DNA from: a candidate division WOR-3 bacterium
Lineage (GTDB): Bacteria > Hydrothermota > Hydrothermia > LBFQ01
DNA length: 64,000 nucleotides
Reading direction: 5' to 3'
Assembly: GCA_027050205.1 (NCBI GenBank)
Contig: JALUCS010000093.1
Coordinates: forward strand, 31,282 to 95,281
Shown: piece by piece, positions 58,905-64,000 of the stretch
How the letters are laid out: each line of letters begins with the position of its first letter
How positions within the stretch are numbered: the first letter of the stretch is position 1
Notes under the pieces: model-generated
What the model was told of the DNA's origin: nothing
The model's input: the letters and a program-made list of their open reading frames with translations, nothing else
Database searches by the model: none
Translations under genes and position numbers: made by a program

Positions 58905-60197
58905 ATGCTACCGGAAGGGAATTTCTTTGATAGGGTGAACCAGAGGAGAGGGGGAGAACGGGAAGAAAAGGTCCGTAGAAGGGAGGATAGGAGCAGCAGT
59001 TTTCGGTTTGCCGTCGGGGTATCCGAGAGCGACAAGCCCGGAACCGTGGGCTATCAGGCGGTCAACAGGGCCGTCGCCAGTTTGGGGACGGAGCCTTCCC
59101 TGGCCTTCGTGGCTATCTCCAAGGCCCACGAGCAGAACCGTAAGACGGTCCTCTACAGCGTCAAGGACGTATTGGGGGAGGATGTCCCCGTAATAGGTGC
59201 GGTCGTATCCGACCCGATAATGCACAGGGAGGGGATAACGGAGGGAGGGGTGGCCGTAGCCCTCTGGTCGGCCGACCGGCACGTGGAGATAGGTACCCAC
59301 CTGATCAAGCTCCACAACCGGGAGGTGGAGGACCTACGGGAGGAGTTGGCCGAGGCCTTTTCCGGAGATCTGAACAGGAGGTACCTCAACGTCTTAGGGG
59401 TTGCCCCTTACTTCTTTGAGGGTGTGGGGGAGAGGTTGGAGGAGGTCTTCCTCTCCCTAAGCGAGTACGTAGATTTGGCGGTGGTGGGTATAGTGGGGGG
59501 GAGGTCCCCGTCGCCGTGGTCCATCGTCCACGGCTGGGACTTCTACTCCAGCCACCTGTCCCTCGTTACCATAAAGACGGACATCCCCTTCGGTGTCTTC
59601 TTCGCCTACGGCTTCCATCCCCTCGTACCTATGGAGGTGACCAGGGCCGAGGGTAGGTTCGTGGTGGAGGTAGATAACTCTCCCGCCTACGACGTCCTTA
59701 CGGATATCCTCGTCTCCCGCGGTATCGCTGGCACCGACCTGAAGGACAGGTCCCGCCTCCGTAAGGTACTCTCCCGCTTTCAGGTGGCCATACCCGACCC
59801 GGCCGCAGCCGGTAGGTTCAAGACGACCGTCATACGGGACATCACGCACGAGGGTGTGGAGCTGGGGATAGGCGTAGTGGAGGGGGACACCGTGTGGCTC
59901 ATGGAGGCAGACAACGTAGAGGTCCTGAAGAGTACCACCAAAGGAGCGCTCCGATCCCTATCCTTCTTGAAGGGGGCCAGGCCCGCAGGTCTCCTCTTCT
60001 TTGAGAACCATACCCGTATCCTCGCCCTCGGCAAGGACGTAAAGAGGGATGTAGAGGGGCTGAAGCAGGCGCTCCCCCTACCCTTCCTCGGAATCCCATC
60101 CTCGCAGGAGCTGGTCCTACACCACTCCGTCTTCTCCGGGCTACACAGCGGCGTGGCCGCCGGCGTCCTCTTCGCCAACACCCCAGAACAGCCTTAA
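58905..60197 (+). CDS. FIST-domain sensory protein
   Basis: PVIGA, GFHP, VTRAEGRFVVEVDNSPA (FIST_C pattern) and LHSG near the C-terminus. Confidence 0.75.
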   Translation: MLPEGNFFDRVNQRRGGEREEKVRRREDRSSSFRFAVGVSESDKPGTVGYQAVNRAVASLGTEPSLAFVAISKAHEQNRKTVLYSVKDVLGEDVPVIGAVVSDPIMHREGITEGGVAVALWSADRHVEIGTHLIKLHNREVEDLREELAEAFSGDLNRRYLNVLGVAPYFFEGVGERLEEVFLSLSEYVDLAVVGIVGGRSPSPWSIVHGWDFYSSHLSLVTIKTDIPFGVFFAYGFHPLVPMEVTRAEGRFVVEVDNSPAYDVLTDILVSRGIAGTDLKDRSRLRKVLSRFQVAIPDPAAAGRFKTTVIRDITHEGVELGIGVVEGDTVWLMEADNVEVLKSTTKGALRSLSFLKGARPAGLLFFENHTRILALGKDVKRDVEGLKQALPLPFLGIPSSQELVLHHSVFSGLHSGVAAGVLFANTPEQP

Positions 60198-60220
60198 AAT
60201 ACTATAACGGAGGTAAGGGT

Positions 60221-60670
60221 ATGAACCAGCAAGTTGAAGCCATCTTGAAGCAACTCGTTAAGAGGAACCCACAGATCAAATCTGTGGCAGTGGTGAACTA
60301 CGAGGGGATCCTGATAGCCTCCCTCCTGTTCCCCGGCACAAACGAGTCTTCCTTCGGGGCGATGTCGGCCGCTCTCCTCGGTTTGGGCGAGCATGCCCTA
60401 AAGGAGATCCAAGGGGGAGACCTACGAGAGATATACGTGCGCGGCGACAGTATGATGCTCATAATCGTCGGCATCGGGGACGTTGGCGTGATAGCCATAA
60501 CCGTGGATTCCGACGCCCCCTTAGGCGTGGTCCTTATGGAGGTCAGGCGTACGGCCAACCAGCTCGCCCGCATCCTATCCCAGAAGCAGGACCTCTCCGA
60601 GATCCTCGGCTCCGACCTCTCCATCCTGGAGGGCTTCTCCTTCAAGGACATCATAGGCGAAGAAGAGTAG
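60221..60670 (+). CDS. mglB: Roadblock/LC7 protein (MglB-like GAP)
   Basis: VAVVNYEGILIAS, AMSAALL and LGVV; upstream of mglA. Confidence 0.85.
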   Translation: MNQQVEAILKQLVKRNPQIKSVAVVNYEGILIASLLFPGTNESSFGAMSAALLGLGEHALKEIQGGDLREIYVRGDSMMLIIVGIGDVGVIAITVDSDAPLGVVLMEVRRTANQLARILSQKQDLSEILGSDLSILEGFSFKDIIGEEE

Positions 60671-60673
60671 GGT

Positions 60674-61264
60674 ATGGTCATAGACGTAAGCAAGCGGGAG
60701 ATAAACGTTAAGATCGTCTATTACGGGCCGGCCGTAAGCGGCAAGACCACCAACCTGATCGTCATCCACAGGAGGCTCAAGCCGGAGCATCGGGGCGAGA
60801 TGGTGTCCATAGATACCAAAGGGGAGCGTACCCTCTTCTTCGACTTCCTCCCCGTGGAGGTCAAGATAGGTGGAGGGTTCAAGGTCCGTTTCCACCTCTA
60901 CACCGTACCGGGCCAGTACTTCTACAAGACCTCCCGTAAGTTGGTCCTCCGCGGGGCGGACGGGATAGTATTCGTAGCCGACTCCCAGAGGAGTAGGGCC
61001 AGAGACAACAAGATAATTTGGGAGGAGATGAAAGAGTTCCTGGAGGGCCAGAATACGTCCATCTACGATATTCCGGTAGTCCTCCAGTACAACAAGAGGG
61101 ACCTTCAGGACATAATGACGGTTGAGGAGATGAACGCCCTGTTTGAGGGTGGGAAGTTTCCGTACTTTGAGGCCATAGCCGTACAGGGGAAGGGCGTGTT
61201 TGAGACCTTGGACGAGATCTCCAAGAGGGTCCTTAGGAGCGTCCTCCAGAAGGCTCGCGTATGA
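60674..61264 (+). CDS. mglA: MglA small Ras-like GTPase
   Basis: KIVYYGPAVSGKTTN, RTLFFDFLP, TVPGQ and NKRD. Confidence 0.95.
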   Translation: MVIDVSKREINVKIVYYGPAVSGKTTNLIVIHRRLKPEHRGEMVSIDTKGERTLFFDFLPVEVKIGGGFKVRFHLYTVPGQYFYKTSRKLVLRGADGIVFVADSQRSRARDNKIIWEEMKEFLEGQNTSIYDIPVVLQYNKRDLQDIMTVEEMNALFEGGKFPYFEAIAVQGKGVFETLDEISKRVLRSVLQKARV

Positions 61265-62544
61265 TACACCTCAACAGCCTCATATCGGCCCTGAAGGAAC
61301 CGGTACTCGTACTGGACAGGGAGCGCACCATCATAGAGGCAGGAGGGGGGATAGGGGAGATGGGGTACAGGCGGGATTTCCTCGTCGGTAAGTCCATAGA
61401 TGCCTTAGTTGCTCCCCCCTTCAGGAGGCCGGTGGAGGCTACGATAGATACGGCCTTCCGTCTGGGTAAGCCCACGTCGGCCAAGGTGGAGATCCTCAAC
61501 GCCTCCTCCGAGTCCATCCCCGTTGAGATGAGGGTAAGTCCGTTAGAGGACAAGGGACACGTACGTTTCGCCGTCCTCCTCTACCCTAACAGTCGTCTGG
61601 ATTACGACCTCTTGAAGTCGCTGGACGTACCCGTGTGGATAACCGACAGGAAGGGGAACCTGATATTCCGGAACGATAGGGCGGCCCGCATCCTACAGGA
61701 GGTGCGGAACCTCCTACCGGAGAACGGCCAGGAGGTGAGGGTGGGAGAGGAGGAGTTCATCGCCAAGGTGAGGGAGGTGGTGGACGGCTTCCGGAGGGTG
61801 AGGCTGGTGGTCTTAACGAGCGTCTGTGCTGCCTACAACCCCTACATAAGGAAGTTCGCCGTGGCGGGTATTCTATCGGCCCTCGTATCCCACGACGTCA
61901 AGAACGCCATAGCCTCTCTGATGCTCCTTACGGACCTTATAGAGGACGAGTCCCTAAAGACCCGCATCTACAACGGCATAAGGAGGGTCTATCACATCCA
62001 CCAGAGGATCCTGAACCTCGCCCGTGGGAGGAAGGAGTTGGAGGAGGTCCCCCTAAAGGACGTATTGGAGGACGTGGAGGAGGACCTGCGTCCCAAGCTC
62101 ATACGGAAGAACGTCAAGATAGTTAGGGACTTCCCGGAGGATTTTACCATCCGTACCGATAGGAACGCCCTCTACGAGATACTCCTAAACCTCGTCTCCA
62201 ACGCCATAGACGCCTCCACCCCCGGCGGTGAGGTCATCGTGTCGGCCGGGGTCTCCCACAACGTCTCCCTCGGTAGGTTGGAGAGGTACGTGAGCGTCAG
62301 GGACTTCGGTCCGGGGATCCCACCGGAGAGGGTCCGCAGGATCTTCAACCTGTTCTTCACCTCCAAGAGGGAGGGGTCGGGTCTCGGCCTGTTCATAGTT
62401 AAGACCTTGAGCGAGAGCATAGGGGCGAGGGTGTCGGTCAGGAGCGAGCCGGGGAAGGGGGCGGAGTTCGTCGTTTTCTTCCCGGAGGATGAAGCTAAAG
62501 GATCTAACGGGGTGTCTGGTGCAGGACCTTCGGGATCTTCTTGA
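61261..62544 (+). CDS. PAS-domain sensor histidine kinase (soluble)
   Basis: PAS-like N-terminus, H-box SHDVKN, NLVSNAIDA, DFGPGI, FFTSK and GSGLGL. Confidence 0.9.
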   Translation: MIHLNSLISALKEPVLVLDRERTIIEAGGGIGEMGYRRDFLVGKSIDALVAPPFRRPVEATIDTAFRLGKPTSAKVEILNASSESIPVEMRVSPLEDKGHVRFAVLLYPNSRLDYDLLKSLDVPVWITDRKGNLIFRNDRAARILQEVRNLLPENGQEVRVGEEEFIAKVREVVDGFRRVRLVVLTSVCAAYNPYIRKFAVAGILSALVSHDVKNAIASLMLLTDLIEDESLKTRIYNGIRRVYHIHQRILNLARGRKELEEVPLKDVLEDVEEDLRPKLIRKNVKIVRDFPEDFTIRTDRNALYEILLNLVSNAIDASTPGGEVIVSAGVSHNVSLGRLERYVSVRDFGPGIPPERVRRIFNLFFTSKREGSGLGLFIVKTLSESIGARVSVRSEPGKGAEFVVFFPEDEAKGSNGVSGAGPSGSS

Positions 62545-63241
62545 GGTCGCCTCCCGTATCTTGGGTAAGAGCGTAGCCCTCCTTACGGTAGAGGATTTGA
62601 GAGGTATAGAACTGGCGAAGGTCTTAGACGTCTTCCTCTCCCATCCCAAGGGGTACCCCGTCCCCTACATCGTGCGCGAGGTGGCCTTTTACGGGCGGTC
62701 GTTCTACGTGGACAGCAGGGTCCTGGTGCCGAGGAGCGAGACGGAGGAGTTGGTGGATATAGTCCTGTCCCTCGGAGTGAGGCCGAGGAGGATAGCCGAC
62801 GTAGGTACGGGGAGCGGCGTCCTGGGTATAACCCTCAAGCTACTCTTCCCGGATAGTACGGTGATCCTGACCGACCTGTCCGTAGGGGCGCTCCGGGTTG
62901 CCAGGATCAACGCCCGAAGGCACGGGGCGGATGTCCTCTTGGTGGCGACGGACCTCCTGTCAGCCCTGCGGGGTGGGTTAGACCTGATCGTTAGCAATCC
63001 CCCGTACGTCCCCGAAGATGAGGTTGGACGGTACGATAGGAGGGTCCTCTACGAACCGCGGGAGGCCTTAGTAGGAGGGAGGACGGGCTTTGAGATAACG
63101 GAGAGGCTCATAGGTCAGTCTATGGAGAGGCTCACACCGGGGGGCTACCTGATCCTAGAGAGCGACCCGTCCCACTTCCACAGGTTCCCTCCGGGTACGG
63201 AGTTCGTCGGTAGGTTCGCCATCCTACGGAGGTCAGGGTAG
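62489..63241 (+). CDS. prmC: Release-factor glutamine methyltransferase (short N-terminus)
   Basis: VLVPRSETE, DVGTGSG and SNPPY. Confidence 0.88.
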   Translation: MKLKDLTGCLVQDLRDLLEVASRILGKSVALLTVEDLRGIELAKVLDVFLSHPKGYPVPYIVREVAFYGRSFYVDSRVLVPRSETEELVDIVLSLGVRPRRIADVGTGSGVLGITLKLLFPDSTVILTDLSVGALRVARINARRHGADVLLVATDLLSALRGGLDLIVSNPPYVPEDEVGRYDRRVLYEPREALVGGRTGFEITERLIGQSMERLTPGGYLILESDPSHFHRFPPGTEFVGRFAILRRSG

Positions 63242-64000
63242 GTATTTCGTGGGGTCTACGGCCTTCCTGCCGGAACCCATTCTGACCTCAAAGTGTAGGG
63301 GCCTCCTGCCCACCGTCCCTATCTTCTGGCCCTTTTTGACCCTCTGGTTGAGCCTGACTGTCACCTTTCGGAGGTTGGCGTAGACGGTGAAGAACCCGTC
63401 GTGTTCAAGGATCACTACCTCACCGTACCCCTCTAACCTCCCGGCATACACCACCTTGCCACCCTCGGCCGCCACGACCTCCGCCCCGTAGGGGGCGGCT
63501 ACGTCTATCCCCGAACTCTTCAACCTGACCCCGTAGCGGGGGTCGGTGTAGTACCCGAAACCCCTGACCACCCTACCCCTAACCGGCCACATCAACTTAC
63601 CCTTGGGTTTGGCCTTCTTTCCCGACCTTATCTTCTTACTTCTCTTGGCGAGTTTCTTGAGGATTCCCTCCAGACGTTTCGCCCTCGCCTTGAGGCGGGA
63701 GACGTACCTTTCCTTCTCCCTCCTGCTTCTCCTTATCTTCCTAACCGTCTCCTTCAACTCCCTCTCTGTGCGCTGTATCTCCACGAGGGTACTCTCCTGC
63801 TCGGCTATGTTCCCCTCTATCTGTTGGAGCAGTTCCTCCCTCCTCCGCTTCCACCACCGGTGGTCCCGACGGAAGCCCTCTATCTGCAACAGGGCGTTCC
63901 TGTACGCGTGGAGGGTGGCCTCCGTAACGGTGGCCCTCTCGTAGATGGCGTAGGAGCCGCGGGGGTTGAAAATGGCCGCCCACACCGAGGGTACCCTTAG
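63233..64000 (-). CDS. EnvC-like coiled-coil plus M23 domain protein (5' end outside the window)
   Basis: Coiled coil followed by WPVRG, GIDVAA and LHFEVR. Zinc ligands appear degenerate (SGID, YANL), as in EnvC. The frame stays open to the window edge. Confidence 0.8.
   Translation of the reverse strand, partial: LRVPSVWAAIFNPRGSYAIYERATVTEATLHAYRNALLQIEGFRRDHRWWKRRREELLQQIEGNIAEQESTLVEIQRTERELKETVRKIRRSRREKERYVSRLKARAKRLEGILKKLAKRSKKIRSGKKAKPKGKLMWPVRGRVVRGFGYYTDPRYGVRLKSSGIDVAAPYGAEVVAAEGGKVVYAGRLEGYGEVVILEHDGFFTVYANLRKVTVRLNQRVKKGQKIGTVGRRPLHFEVRMGSGRKAVDPTKYLP

Overview
GC-rich, gene-dense chromosomal window from a diderm, probably thermophilic bacterium. The ATA/AGG-rich codons, PDO, MpgP, outer-membrane proteins and a T9SS-like C-terminal sorting domain suggest a WOR-3/FCB-related lineage, which is inference only. 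It is mostly housekeeping: dnaE, a very divergent dnaA, murB-ftsA-ftsZ-ftsX, rpmF-plsX, maeB, efp-accB, hprK, sucD, gatB, pstS, pgk, dut, queC, prmC and three tRNAs (Pro, Asp, Val). A perfect parS palindrome at 53210 suggests the window is origin-proximal. Four things stand out. (1) About eight 0.3-1.1 kb non-coding islands with AT-rich cores are built from a shared kit of degenerate motifs, including an ~85 bp element with terminal inverted repeats, a CRISPR-repeat-like 5' end and 21-22 bp sub-repeats; they often sit beside orphan or foreign-looking genes. (2) A stand-alone Csm5-like RAMP gene points into the largest island, with no other cas genes in the window. (3) Leaderless gene architecture is pervasive, with a -10 hexamer 6-10 nt before the start codon. 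(4) There is a FIST-MglB-MglA-histidine kinase signalling cluster. All calls are by eye and no searches were run.
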